Shown in pieces: positions 44,175-58,469 of a stretch of DNA of 64,000 bases (the first letter of the stretch is position 1; each line of letters opens with the position of its first letter). Origin of the DNA: Octopus vulgaris (taxonomy: Eukaryota); contig OX597826.1 in assembly GCA_951406725.2 (NCBI GenBank), positions 25,668,001-25,732,000 on the forward strand, read 5' to 3'. The notes under the pieces are model-generated. The model did no database searches, had not been told where the DNA came from, and saw only the letters and a list, made by a program, of their open reading frames with translations. Made by a program: the position numbers and the translations under genes.

Positions 44175-44708
44175 CAGGGTGTCCCCCAAAAATGTATACA
44201 CATGCTGCAACAGTCTGTCGTGCCAAGTATTAGAGAAGACTTTGAACAGGAAGAGTTTTATTTCCAGCAAGATGGGGCACCTCCACACTACCATCGCGAT
44301 GTTAGATCCTTTCTTGATGGGATCTTGCCAAACAGGTGGATTGGCCGGAGAGGTTTTGTCGAATACCCTCCACGTTCACCAGACCTCACACCACTAGACT
44401 TCTTTTTATGGGGATACCTAAAGGACAAAGTCTACGCACAGAAACCTGCAACAGTCGTTCAATTGAGGGCAACCATTGAACATGAATGTACGAATCTCCC
44501 AAGGGAATTGTTCCATGATGTGTGCCATTCCATCGCTTCGCGTATTCAGCAGTGTCTGGAGCAGAACGGACATCAGTTTGAGAACATGCGATAACAAGAC
44601 AATAGAATGATATTTGTAAATTCTTTTACATGTTGAAAATTATTCGAATTATAATAAAACCCAAATTTACAATTATTTAAGGTGTATACATTTTTTTGGG
44701 ACACCCTG
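44175..44708 (+). mobile_element. Tc1/mariner DD41D (rosa/Visitor-type) internal-deletion derivative, 27-bp TIRs, TA TSD
   Basis: TA|CAGGGTGTCCCCCAAAAATGTATACAC ... GTGTATACATTTTTTTGGGACACCCTG|TA. Protein FQQDGAPPH..PPRSPDLTPLDFFLWGYLK with 41 residues counted between the two Asp. Confidence 0.93.
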
Positions 44709-45151
44709 TATATATGCATATATATGTGTGTATATATATATATATACATGCATACACACGAAAGTATATTTACATACATGATATAAGCATGTTTGCTTAT
44801 ATTCATACACGTACAAATATAAATATGCACGCATATATACATAAATATGCACGCATACATACATACATACATACATACATACATACATACATACATACAT
44901 ACATACATACATGCATGCATGCATACATACATACATACATACACACACATACATACATACATACATACATATACATGTGTGTGTGTATATGTATGTTTGT
45001 TTGGATGGATGGATGGATGTGTCTATCTATCTATCTATCTATCTATCGATTCATATGGAATTATATATGAAAAGTAGTTAAGATGTAAAGAAGTACGTAT
45101 ATAAGCATTAACAACCTGCTTGTAATATATATTACACAATGTCTGTTATTC

Positions 45152-45191
<40 letters not shown>

Positions 45192-45326
45192 CTGTGTATG
45201 TAGGACACACCTTAAAGAAAAACTGAAATATATTTGGAAATGTATAAGTTTCTGTTATACCATACTTATGTATATACACACATACACACGCGCGAGCACA
45301 TACACACAGATAAATACATACATACA

Positions 45327-45357
<31 letters not shown>

Positions 45358-45617
45358 GGTGCTCTTTATACATGATTAATGGGACATTAATTTGTTTAAA
45401 AACTACTTTAATCTTTCATACAATTGGAGTTCTTTCACTTGTTGAATATTATCGAAACTGTAATATGTATGTATGAATGTATGTATGTATGTATGTATGT
45501 ATGTATGTATGTATGTATGTATGTATGTATGCATCCATGTATGTATGTATGTTCGGCTGCTCGTATTCGTCTATGTATGTCTTTGTGTGTGTGCATATAT
45601 TTCTCTTTGTCTCTCTC

Positions 45618-45664
<47 letters not shown>

Positions 45665-46779
45665 GGAGAGAGAGAGAGAGAGATAGTGAAAGAGAGAGAG
45701 AGAGAAAAGAGAGAGAGAAGTACAAACTTGTACCCTGATGTATATGTGTGTATGTTACATTAATCATACAATTGTGATTAATCATTTTTTTAATCAGACA
45801 GTATTCATATTTCCCTAATAGTCATTTATGTTTAATTTAGAACAATAGAATTCGTAAATCCGTTAATCCCATCAATGCTACAAGTATTTCTTGAGCTCAT
45901 AATCAGAATGAAATGCTAGCAAATGATCAAGAGAATACTGTTATTATTGATAATACACATATTAAATTTCTTGTGTCGAAATATTTCGAGACATAAATAA
46001 TTCACGGTAGCATAGAAACTAGCAAAAGCGATAATGTCTTTACTTGCTAGTTAAACAGTTTGTGTCGCGAAAAATCCATTGAGTAATAAAATAGCTAAAA
46101 ATATATATGTAAATAACTATTAAACATATGCTTTTATAACGTACGTATTGTACATTTATGTAATAATGTCCATTTCTTCATCAGTGATTGAAATGTAAAT
46201 AAATGTCTCACTTCGTGAAGTGTAACGTCTACAAAATTTCTGACAAAGCTTTGGTCGGCCCGAAACTATAGTAAAAGAGTTTCTGCCGTGACCATCCTTT
46301 TTTTATTAAGATGTTACAGTGTGAGTTGATGGTATTTGGCTGATCTATTTCTAGCAAGCCTTGCAACCGTTGCGGAATTTAATCGTGGGATCGGGCTTTG
46401 TGTTAGCATGGCTTATATGATTATTGGTGATTATTCCATCGTTCGAAGATAAAATAAATGAGGATCTATTACCATTCGTTGCAACCTATAATTAAATGCA
46501 AAAAAAAAGGAATAAGAAAAGAAAGAAAAATCAACAAAAAGAACAAAGAAGTTAATTTATTTATTAATATCATAGAAAATTAAATGAAAAGACAAGATCA
46601 TGTCTTTCGAAGATGTTTCTTGTCCAGATTTACAGGTATGTGATTTCCCTAATTATGTAGAATCAAATCTCAGATAATAACCCTTTCTACTCAAGGCCCA
46701 AGGCCTGAAATTTGGGAGAAGTGGAATACTCGATTACATCGGCACGTGCGTTTCACTCGTGCTTTTTTCGTTTTTCTTC

Positions 46780-47146
46780 CTGTAACTTAGCGGATCGGCA
46801 AAATGAGCGACAGAATAAGGATTTAAACAAACAAATCGATCCTAGCAATTTCTTAAAGCCTGGTATTTATTCTATGAATTTCTCTTTACCGAACTAACAC
46901 ATGTCCTCAAGCGTTGATGGGCGACACACACATCAACAGACACGCGCGCTCACACATACACACATGGAAACACACACACATACACATACGATGTGCTTCT
47001 TTCAGTTTCCGTCTAACAAATCCATTCACAACGTTTTAATTGGCCTGGTGCTTTAGTAGAAGACACTTGTCCAAGGTTCCACGCAGTGGGATTGAACCTG
47101 GAACCATGTAGCTGGGAAGCAAACTTCTTACCACGCAGCTACGCCA
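46780..47146 (-). mobile_element. SINE family A (rearranged)
   Basis: Head at 46990-47146 on the minus strand; body pieces in mixed orientation. Confidence 0.75.
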
Positions 47147-47692
47147 GTAGTTTTTCAACATTTCCACTTTCTAGATTCCATTTCTTATTGATTCCCTTCC
47201 AAACAATCTGGCTATTCAACGCTAGATTCACTATGATCAAATAAACATTCCAAATGTGACCACCCATCACGTTTTTTCTTTCTTTTAACGATGCCTAAGA
47301 ATAATTAATCTAATGTGTCCCTTCCATTCATAAGACAATATGACGTGGTTTGTGAGATTTGGCTGTTATTTTTAGTAGTACAAGCTGCCACGTAGGAGCT
47401 GAACATTTGGCTCTTTGTTCTGAAGGTTTGTTGTCTGGGGAGGATTTTCGACGGATTTTTATTTTCATCTTCAGTTGATTTGTATGAATAGCTTCTACTT
47501 AAAGATGGCTGCCAATAACTTCATATTTTCTTTGTGTTTATTACCTAATAAACATACATCATACTATTTACTTTCTATAACCATGGTGGTGATATGGTGG
47601 TGGTGGTGGTGATGGTGGTGGTGGAGGTGGAGGGAGAGTATTGAAAGCAAATCAAGTGACATGGCTACATCACAAATGACTGTTAGGTGTGA

Positions 47693-47693
47693 G

Positions 47694-47735
<42 letters not shown>

Positions 47736-47958
47736 GAGAATGACAGAAAGTGAGGGAGGAAGAGAGAGATAAAGAGAAAGAAAGAGAGATAAAAAATAAG
47801 AGAGATAGAGAAAGAGAGAGAGAAACAGAGAGGGAAGACTGAGTGAGTGAGGAAGAGAGATATAGATAGAGACAGACAGACAAAGAGAGGGAGGAAGAGA
47901 GAGAGATAGGAGAGAGAGCGAGAAAGAAAGAGAGAAGAGGAAAATGAGAAAGAGAGAG

Positions 47959-47998
<40 letters not shown>
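47693..47998. repeat. (GA)n purine tract
   Basis: Directly visible. Confidence 0.95.
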
Positions 47999-47999
<1 letters not shown>

Positions 48000-48409
48000 C
48001 GAAATTGTGTTTACTTCAAGACTGCTGCAAAGTCTCAATGGTAGTATGACTTATATGGAAGGAACAGAAACCAAAAAATTAATAAAAATTCCCTGGAGGA
48101 ATCTCGGAATAATCTACAAATCAACTATTGAGAAACATTTAAAAAGAAGTTCCCGGATCGAAAAAAGAAAAAGAACGAGAAGATGACGAATGGAGAAGGC
48201 GATAATGAACAACAACAACAGCAGCAGCAGCAGTAGCAGCACAACAACAACAATGATAATGATGATGATTTCTTTTATTAGCCACAGGGGTATGGATGGG
48301 AGAAAGAAGAAGGGAAGAAGAAAATGATGATAATAATTATGGTGACGATGATGAAAGGTGACAAAGAACTAGAAAAGATTGAAAAGTACATACTACTAAA
48401 AGACGAAAA

Positions 48410-48746
48410 TGCATGAATGTGGACTATGAGGAGAATGTCTGTCATCCCAGCAGTTATAAGGGCCACCCGGAGCACGAACAACCAAGTTCGAGAAATATGT
48501 CAGAGAAATCGGAATTAACACGAGAGCAGAGCAAGCGTCATCAAAAGACTGCTCTACTGGGGAAAGCTAGGATTTTGAGACTGGTACTTGGGTGTTGAAT
48601 GTTTTCCATGATAATTAACACCAAATTATCAAAGGTTGTAATGTGCGGAAAGAGACCCTGTGAGACCTCTGACAACAGGCTGCTGTCCGCTCTCACAGAA
48701 TCAACCAGAACAAACATGACTGAGCGCTCTGAGAGGTTATTAATAA
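48410..48746 (+). pseudogene. R4/Dong-clade 3' end relic
   Basis: MWTMRRMSVIPAVI..KFEKYVREIGI..QKTALLGKARILRLVLGC*, then a short UTR ending TTATTAATAAT. Confidence 0.78.
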
Positions 48747-48894
48747 TCCTTTCTACTATAAGCACAAAGCTTGAAATTTGAGGGGCGGGTGCAAGTGAAT
48801 TGCATCCACCCCACTGCATAACTAGTACATATTTCATCGATCCCGAAAGGATGAAAGGCAAAGTCAGTCTCGTGAATGTGAACTCAGAACTTAT

Positions 48895-49872
48895 ACGGAC
48901 GAGATGCTGCGAAGTGGTTTCGTCGCCTTGCGCACATCTCAAACATGGCTGACGGCACTTCAGTGCCTATAGAGTTTATCTCGAACCGACAATGTTCTCC
49001 GGTAGCATTGCCAGGCCAGAAATTTTTTTTTTACAATAGGACAAATTTATATTATTTGATCTCGACCGAAGCAAGGCTTTATGACCTCACTACCTCCACC
49101 TGGTCCAAAAAAAAAAAAAGAAGTGTGGAGGGGGTATCTAATAAACCAGCCTCTCAGTCCATCTACCCCAAGCCAAATGTTCTCCGGAAGAGCGCGGCGA
49201 GCTGATCGTCTTCAATATTCAGGTCTCTTTGAGAACGTCATCGTTTTTACCCGCCACTAATCCTCTACAGAGCGCTAAAGTTGATATTCCGTCTATCGTA
49301 GTGCTCGACCGGCTGAGGGCTGTGAGCGCTTGAAGACATTCCACTTTCGAAGCGCTCTCGTTCGGTCTCTGCTTTACCCAGGACTACAACCCTGTCAAGG
49401 AAACAATCTGAGAAACACGCGTCTGGCGAACGGTGACCACACCTGTTCACCATCAAGGAAGCGCTGGAAATGTCGCAGCCTTAGCGCATGCTTTCGCATC
49501 ATTAGCAATGACAGGATCAGTTCACCACGCAACGGATGTTGACAGCTGATGGATCGCCTGACCATGGGCACCCGTCTTTTCTACAAAAAGAGAAAAAGTA
49601 TAAGCTCCAGTGCAGCCAGACGGGGACAAGGCATGAGTGTCAGGCGGAGGTAGATGACAGCCGTGATGTATGCATTGGCCACTTGTGCCCGATTTTTCAG
49701 GGATAGCTTCTTGTCAGCATATTTCTGGGTGAGAGTAGCCACCTTGATCGTTTTTGTCCATTTGGAGATCCCGACCAAACCAGAACGTTAGCAATTTAAC
49801 CGTTCCGTCTGTTCAGCACCCAACAACGTAGTTGAACGGCATTGACCCGCTTCTCCAGATGCTGAGTCGCAA
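48895..49872 (-). pseudogene. Tx1-clade ORF2 relic
   Basis: KVATLTQKYADKKLSLKNRAQVANAYITAVIYLRLT..RCAQGDETT is colinear with 38510-39370. Confidence 0.85.
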
Positions 49873-50565
49873 TCCTTTCTATTATGGACACAAGACTTGA
49901 AATTTTATAAGAGGGAGTTAGTCGATTGCACTGACCCCAGTGCTCAACTGTTATTTATTTATCGACACTGAAGAGATAAAAGGCGAAGTCAACTTCGGTA
50001 GCATTTGAATTTAGGACGGAAAGCCAGACGAAATGCCTGTAAGCATTTTACCCGAGGTGCAAACGATTCAGCTAGCTTATCGACTATGACTGCAAACTTT
50101 GGTTTTTTAGTGAGACATTAGCGAATTACATCGACGACAGTACATGACTAGTATTTTATTTTATCGATTCTTGCAAAGATGAAAGGCAAAACAGATTTCA
50201 GAGGTACTTTAACCCATTGCCGCTAGGCATTTTGTACGACGCACTGACAATTCGGCAAGTTTACCTCAAATAATTTTTCATTCAACGCTCTCGCGATTCT
50301 ATCAATTCGATACCATTTTAATGTCTATTTTACGCACAAGGTTAGGAATTGTGAAAGGTGGGACTGGCCAATCGAACTATCAAGTCTTGGCTGGTACTTG
50401 ATCTGCCAGTTTGCCAATATCATTGTTTTTCATTTTGGCACAAGGCCAGCTATTCAAAGTGAATGGGTATATAGATTACATCGATCGCCCTACTTAGCTG
50501 GCACTTATTTTAAACACCCAGAAAGGACGAAAAGAAAAGTTAACTTCAGTGGTATTTGAACTGAA
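49873..50565 (-). mobile_element. Cluster of diverged family B SINEs
   Basis: Repeated GAT(G/A)AAAGGC.AA..TTTGAA motifs at about 49975, 50180 and 50525. Confidence 0.65.
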
Positions 50566-50832
50566 AATAACATAGAATTAAATAGGAATGCATTCATTAC
50601 ATCGCATCATTTAGCTGAATATAACTATTATTTCACGTGTTAAATATACACCCAAATACTTATAGTGATTATATATATCATATCATTACTTAATTCTTCA
50701 CTATTCTCCCATGAATGTATGTGCATATGAATGTGTGGTTGCATGTATATGTATGTATATGTTTATATCCTCCTCCTCCTCCTCCTCCTCCTCCTCCTCA
50801 TCATCATCATCATCATCATCATCATCTATGTA

Positions 50833-51049
50833 CGAGGGAGTACTGAAAAATTCCTGGCTTTGGCTGAAAGAAAATACAAGAGAATCAGATAAATATGATC
50901 TTATTCAACATATTCCCATCTTAGATTCACACGCTCATTGCAGCGGTCCTTCTGTTTTTCTAAGCTCTCTAAAAGAACTCGGAAAGTTGGGCCTCCAGCC
51001 AGGCCATTCGCGACACCCTTAAAGCTAGGAACTTTTCAGCACCCTCTCG
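50833..51049. mobile_element. Mariner-type MITE, about 29-bp TIRs
   Basis: TA|CGAGGGAGTACTGAAAAATTCCTGGCTTT ... AAAGCTAGGAACTTTTCAGCACCCTCTCG. Confidence 0.8.
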
Positions 51050-51574
51050 TGTATATATATACATATACATACATACATACATACACACATACATACATAC
51101 ATAATTACACACACACACACACACATATCATCATCATCACTATTATTCTTAACTTTTTAACGTTCGCTTTGCTGTGCCTGCATTTCGTTAAAGCAGATCT
51201 ATGGCTGGATGCTCTTCATGTCACACAACCCTTGCTTGTTTCATGGGAGGATTAAAACGAACAACCCCGCTGGGAAGACGGTGCGGAATTCTATCATGGT
51301 GTCAAAACTAGTTGACGCAATCACATATTTACATGAATACATGCGTACATGTAGAAATACATAAATGTATACAAACATATCCATCTACATACATACATGT
51401 ATGTATGTATGTATGTATGTATGTATGTATGTATGTATGTATGTATGTATGTATGTATGTGTGTATGTATGTATGCATGTATGTAATTATGTATGTATGT
51501 GTGTAGATTTGTATGTTTTGCTTTATGTTTGTATTCTCGTACATATAGTTGCATATCTAGACATGCTCATATAT

Positions 51575-51985
51575 ATTTAAATGACAAACTTCTGGAAAGT
51601 TATACAGACTTTTACAGTTCCAGTGGTGGATTGGATCTGTAGTCTTCTAATTAGCCTTCTCTTTCTGGTTTTAAAAAGCCTAATTTCTCAAGATTTTTAT
51701 TTAGGCGGTGTGTTACATATCCCGGGGCCCCAATAATTACAGTTATAAACCTGAACTTGTAATCTGGATAGAGTAACTGCAGATTTCTCAATGCTTCAGC
51801 GTAGGTATTCTCTTTTTCACTGATCCTCAGCTTTATGTTAACATCCGCTGGGCAGCTAATTTCCATAACTGTGCCCAGTTTCTCTTCTCTATCCCAAATC
51901 ATTTTATCAGGTCTGTTGTGCTTACATGTTATTGAGGACTTCACTAGGACATCCCAGCAGTACTCCTTTTATTATGAGTGGCTAC
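51575..51985 (-). pseudogene. RLE-type non-LTR retrotransposon C-terminus (PD-(D/E)XK endonuclease; R4-like)
   Basis: KHNRPDKMIWDREEK..MEISCPADVNI....EKENTY..L..L..YP..FITVIIGAPG. Confidence 0.82.
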
Positions 51986-52163
51986 GGCTTCTACCATACT
52001 GTGGATTCTTATTACTTTGTCCTCAGGGTAACTTTCCGACAGATTTCATTATAGGGTGTCCTAGCTACAGTGTATGTATATATATATGTATGGACGGATG
52101 TTGGAAAATATTCAAACGGGCAGGCATGCACATATGTAACTCTGTGTGTGTGTGTTGTGTGCT

Positions 52164-52227
<64 letters not shown>

Positions 52228-52413
52228 CGAAGGAGAGAGAGGACGTGTGCTTCTGTATGTTTGCATGCATACGTCTGATATATATTTGGTTAAGTCTTGC
52301 TCTGGAGGAAGAAGCGCAGTGGATGACCTTCCAGATTCTCCGAATGTGGTATATTCGCTCCAGTCTATGTACTTCTAGAGCGAGTATTAAATCTATTTCT
52401 TCGCGCACACACA

Positions 52414-52455
<42 letters not shown>

Positions 52456-52910
52456 CCTGAAAAGTTTTTAACTATAGTTATAATGCAAGAGAAAATATAT
52501 TTGGATGTTTTTATGTAAATATGTAACTGCGCGCGCGCGCACGTGTGTGTGCGCGCGTGCGTATGCGTGCGTGTGTGCGTGCATGATATTTTGTGCTATA
52601 GAAAAAAATCTATGATATTCATATAACTTCCGATATTACGCAGTATTCCTTACGTCATCCGGTCACGCTGCCAAAATGCTACAATGCATTGTTAAAAGTC
52701 GATTACTTTCACCATTCTTCACAGCGCCCGTTATTCAGTTCCTATGAAAGGAGGGTCAAGTAATTGGCAGGATTCTGGTTGATGGCATGTTATATTTAGC
52801 CGTCTTTAACTGAATAATTTCTTGCTTGCTACATATCATACATACATTTAGGTGTACAATGCGTTTGTATGTGTCTATGTACGTATGCATATGTATGTAG
52901 GAATCTATAC

Positions 52911-52974
<64 letters not shown>

Positions 52975-53047
52975 ACACTCACACACACACACAACACACA
53001 CACAGATACATACGCACGCACACAAAACATACACTCTCACATATAAG

Positions 53048-53218
53048 CGCAGAAGTGGCTGTGTAGTAAGAAGCTTGCTTCTTAACTACATGGTTCCAGG
53101 TTCAGAACCACTGCGTGGCACCTTGGGCAAGTGTATTCTACTATAGCCTCGGGCCGACCAAAGACTTGTGATTGGATTTGATAGGCGGAAACTGAAAGAA
53201 ACCTGAAAGAAGCCTGTC

Positions 53219-53274
<56 letters not shown>

Positions 53275-53817
53275 AAGTCAAATTGCGATAAAATGAAATT
53301 AATTATTATCGCTGGTATTTCTAGCACAAGCCATATATTTTTCATATATCAGTACATTAAGGCGAAATATGTGCTTGAAACACAGAAGCTAGATAAATTT
53401 AGTGAAATGAAGATAAAAACATTTACTAACTCGGTTCCTCTTAGACTGCAGTTTCGTTCTTTTCAGCAATAAAGATAATTTATTTGCTCAGGGAGAATTC
53501 ATTGGTAAGAGCCCTGTTGTTCTGAGATCCTAACTCACTAGAAGCATGTGCTTCTAATGATTTGCTCTCTCTAACTAATCAGATCACTGCGCAGACTCAT
53601 ATATATATATATGTCTTTGTGTGTTTGTGTTTGTCCCCACCACCATCGCTTGGCAATCGATGTTGGTGTGTTTACGTCATGGAAACTTAGCGGTTCGGCA
53701 AATGACACCGATAGAATAAGTACTCGGCTTACAAAGAATAAGTCCTGTTCGACTAAAGGTAGTGCTCCAGCATGGCCGCAGTCAAAATGACTGAAACAAG
53801 TAAAAGAATAAAAGAAT
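53048..53817 (+). mobile_element. SINE family A split at its internal (TA)n by a ~330-bp insertion (53271-53599)
   Basis: The 5' half ends GAAGCCTGTCG(TA)n; the 3' half resumes (TA)n TGTCTTTGTGTGTTTG..GACTGAAACAAGTAAAAGAA. Confidence 0.85.
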
Positions 53818-54464
53818 ATATACACATACAGGGGAATGCCTTTAACACTTGTTCTAGAAGTACATGAAATGGGCCGAGATCATATCACTTTCGTAAACTC
53901 TGCAAGGTTAACGGCACAGCCCCTTTCTCCAGAGTCACATTAATCAAAAATATGTTTGAAATAAGTGAGGGTGCATGGCGTAGTGGTTAGGCTGTTGAAC
54001 TCACAATCGCGAGGTCTCTGTTTCAATTCTTGGACCAGCTGGTGCGTTGTGTTCTTGAGCAAACGATTCATCTGACGTTTCTCTGTAATCACTTCGACAC
54101 CTGACGTGTGGTATACCATGCACCTATTCAGGAAAACGTCGATTTGATGGAGCGGTGAGCTAACGTACAGCATATGCATTTGATCACTATGGACAAATCA
54201 TTTATGCGGGTTGTTCAACAAGAAATTGCAGAAACGGCTTTCCCGGACCAAGCTTCCCCATCGTTCCGTTACTCTCGAGTAGAGTCTCACTGTTCTCCAG
54301 AATGATACATGCTAGTAACCACCAGATGTCCAACACAAGCGGAATTCTTACTATCTTGATGCGACAGGTCCTTTTCGCTAAATAGGTCGGGTGTAGAGGA
54401 TGAATTTCCCTGTCACGTATCAGAGTTATGATGCTCTCCTACATATCTGGATTAAGCACACACA

Positions 54465-54544
<80 letters not shown>

Positions 54545-55700
54545 GACACACACACGCACACACATACACATACATACACATACACGCACGCAGAGAGACA
54601 CGCGGGCACACACATATTCACGCATAGAGACACACGCCCGCGAGCGCACATGCACATATGCCTGCAAACTACTAAATAAGTCAATGACCCATGAACGGAA
54701 ATGGCCCCCACTCTCGCTGAGGTTTCCACACATTTTTCAGTTTCCGTCTCCCAAAGTATCTCTCACCTAGCTTTGCTAGACCTCAGTTATGAGAGAAAAC
54801 ATTTGGCTTACCAGTAAGTTGAATGGAACCCAGAACCTCGTGAATACGCTACAAGCTCCGTAAACACAGGAACATACATGATTTTATTTGGTAGGAGGAG
54901 AATATGTTTTCGCTATTTGGCATAATGTCTAGTTTCTAGAAACATTAACAGGCATTATCTCTCAGTAATACTTAACATCCTGCCCGATATAAACTTGTAG
55001 CATTTTTCTATCAATGAGCGAAAAACTTCTTAAAACAACGAAAACAAATAAAGAATTTAAATTAAAAGGAAGGCAGAGAGTTGGAAATAGAAGTAGGAAA
55101 ACAAGATAGTAAAAAAAAGGAGAAGTGAGGATCTAAGTATATAGCCGAAGGGCAATCTGGCATGCCAACAACCCAAAAGATATGGGAGATTCAGAACTTT
55201 TTATTAAACCGGATATAAAACACCTTGTATGATTGTTAATTAGGCCTTCGGGTAGAGGAATATGTGTGTGTTTATGTGTATATATGTATATAAGTATGTG
55301 TGTGTGTTTGTTTATACTGATACTATATATGTATACTGATATTTCCAGATGTATATGGATGTATACACAGATAGACATTTTTTAATTATTCAGTTTCTTT
55401 TCATTTCCTTCACAGCATCTTGAACTTACCTGTAATAGTTACAGATAAACCTCACTGTCAATTTCCTCTCTTAGAACACATACGAACATGTAAATATTGA
55501 TGTATACCCTACCCCATATATATGTTATGTGTATATGTATGTACGTTTGGAAGCCCAGTATTCCACATGTTGTATAGAGTTTTAACAAATTCGAGTTCCA
55601 TCGTAAAAGCGTTAAAAATAATTTACGTTAAGTTTACACACACGCGCACGCGCCCGCCCGCATACGCACACACACACACACACACTTATATCTTTAATAT

Positions 55701-55754
<54 letters not shown>

Positions 55755-56052
55755 AAAATTCAATGCACAATACATGGGTTTATCTAATGCAGTGGTACTC
55801 ACAAAAAAAGGTGAAAAATTGATGTAACCATGATATTCTATGAATCTGAAGACTTACCCTCGATACCTGTATTAACTTGTAAAATGTACAATCCTATGTA
55901 ATTTATTACACATATACAATCGCAGACATATAATATAATTTATTATACACTAAAATAGATTATTTTTTCATGATGCTGGCTGTGAAACGATCGTTTTCTC
56001 ACTGGATATCAAATGTTGAAATAAATATCTTCATCTCTTTATATATATATAC

Positions 56053-56143
<91 letters not shown>

Positions 56144-56192
56144 TTCAGTAAAATTAGTATGGTATTATCCATATAATTCAAAATGGAGTGAT

Positions 56193-56479
56193 TATAATCA
56201 AGATAAGCAACAAAGATATCCAGAGGTAATGCAGCACGATCATTTCATACGACTCCATTTAATTGAACAATGCAAACATTACATCAATTTAAAATGTAGA
56301 CCAATCTTCAGCTGCATAAAAATACAGAATTTAGTTAAATTTGAAGGATTCATTTGTATAATTTTCTTTTTATCCAAAATCACCAAGAGGATAAGGAGAT
56401 AGACAAAGAACATGTTTTATCAACAACATCACAGTTGTAACCTCTGCATTACCTCTGGATATCCTCGTTGCTTATTTTG

Positions 56480-56485
<6 letters not shown>
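56193..56485. mobile_element. MITE/foldback with 42-bp terminal inverted repeats next to (TA)n
   Basis: TATAATCAAGATAAGCAACAAAGATATCCAGAGGTAATGCAG / CTGCATTACCTCTGGATATCCTCGTTGCTTATTTTGATTATA. Confidence 0.85.
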
Positions 56486-56523
<38 letters not shown>

Positions 56524-56771
56524 TGTATGTGTGTGTGTGTGTGTGTATGTATTTCTGTGACTGTGCTTGTCCCCCAACCGATGTTGGGATGTTTACGTCC
56601 CCGCATCTTAACGGTTCGGCAAAAAGAGACGGATGGAATAAGTACTAGGCTTACAAAAGATAAGTCCTGGGTGCAAGTTGTTCGACTAAAAGCGGTGCTC
56701 CAGCATGGTCGCAAATGATTGAAACAAATAAAGAAATAAAAGAATAAAAGAAAGAATATATTTATATAATT

Positions 56772-57828
56772 ACTAGCATTAAAGACCCGACGTTGCCGGG
56801 TCATAGTGCTAGCGCATGTATATATGTGTATATATATGTGTACATATTACATTTACATCTATATATATATACATCTAGACATAAAATACAAAATACAAAG
56901 TTATATCTTGATATCGCTAGTGATAACAATACTCAAAATATATAACAGCCTGGAATTGTTTGCCCATCACTTGTAATTTCGATCAATTGTATCTTGTCCT
57001 CCCTCTTGTATAGAAGTGTGGCTACAATCCAGCCTACCTCTACTTCTGGGGGTGGGTGGGGGTGCATTTAAAATTTTTTTCCGGGATGTCCTACGTCCCA
57101 GATATAAAGGTAAAAGTAAAATATTTCCACTTTGCAAGTTCGAGTCGAGTACTCCCTTGCACGCTCCGTTGACTCGAGCCTTGCTTCTATTGTGGCAAAT
57201 TTACCGTGTATACTTTATAGACAATAGTCTTTTCTTTAATTTAATTTTTTATTATCCATCTGGACTATTCCATTTCTACACGCTAATTTTATTTTTAATT
57301 TATTCCCATTCATGTGAAACCACTTATTCAAGTTCAAGACATTGATGCAATTTTATACCAATTGCTATTTTTACTTTTTTTGTGTTACGATTATATTATA
57401 CTTTAGTTTGATTTTAATTATTACTTACTACATATAATTCAATTGTTATTATTATTTTTATTGTTAAAGTGAAAGTATCTGACATAAAATAGAGAAATGT
57501 TTTTGTTTCTCTTTTAACACGTAATACTGAAATAGTGGAGAAGATATGATATTGCTATGGGCTCGCTCTAGGCAAGAAGTTGAAAATTTTTTTTGCCATG
57601 AAACTACATGGACCCTAAGTAAGGCATGTGTAAAATTTGAATGAAATTGGTTGTGTAGTTCTCAAGTTTTAGGGAATCGTAGTGGAGAAGATATATTGCT
57701 GTGGGCTCGCCCTAGGCAAAAAGTTAAAATTTGAATGAAATTGGTTGTGTAGTTCTGAAGTTTTAGGGAAACACACAAACAGACAGACAGATAGACACAC
57801 ATTCTCAGTTTTATATATATATAAAGAT
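56772..57828 (+). mobile_element. Helentron-associated non-autonomous element (HINE/DINE-1-like)
   Basis: Starts ACTAG followed by hairpin GACCCGACGTTGCCGGGTC; has an internal partial duplication (57530-57770); ends (CAGA)n..TTTTATATATATATAAAGAT. A similar end lies on the minus strand at 29255-29290. Confidence 0.75.
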
Positions 57829-58128
57829 AAAGTTAGAAAACAGAGAGATCTAAAGGATACAAATTAATTAATTAATTAATTAATTAACATATTCACCTAC
57901 AACTGATTCATTTCACAAACAAAATTAAAATTACTAAACATATAAATATATATATTTGCCTTTTAAACACCTTGAATGGAAGATCAAGGTATTTAAAATG
58001 CAAAATTACATATTTATATATGTTTTATAATCTTAATTTCGTTTGTAAAATGAAAGAATTGTAGGTGAAAATGTAAATTAATTGATAAATCAGTTTGTAT
58101 CTATTAGTTTTTTTTGCTTTGTAACTTA
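57829..58128. repeat. Imperfect AT-rich palindrome, about 150-bp arms, centre near 57980
   Basis: TTTTAAACACCTTGA(atggaaga)TCAAGGTATTTAAAA and TTCACCTACAA/TTGTAGGTGAA. Confidence 0.8.
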
Positions 58129-58259
58129 ATAATAATATTTGATATCTCACGATATTCTATATAAAATATTCATTGAAGGAAAATCTCTTCAAAGTACAGC
58201 ATATTAAACCAGTGTATCTGGGATAAAAATATATCTACAAGAGGTTTAAATTTCCTCAT

Positions 58260-58310
<51 letters not shown>

Positions 58311-58424
58311 ATATTTCGGAATGGTCATTTTGCCAGTTTAGCCAATAAAAACACACGCACTATATATTTAGTGTTATTTTGCTTCAGTGTTATTTATTTT
58401 TTACATTAATCTTAATCTTATTTC

Positions 58425-58469
58425 GGCCAGAGTTCTTTCGTCACACTCCTGTGACCGCATCAGTGGTCC
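58425..58469 (-). ncRNA. Degenerate minimal hammerhead motif downstream of the GIY-YIG fragment
   Basis: GGACCA-CTGATGC-G-GTCAC(aggagt)GTGAC-GAAA-G(aa)C-TC-TGGCC; core A9 is replaced by C. Confidence 0.55.
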
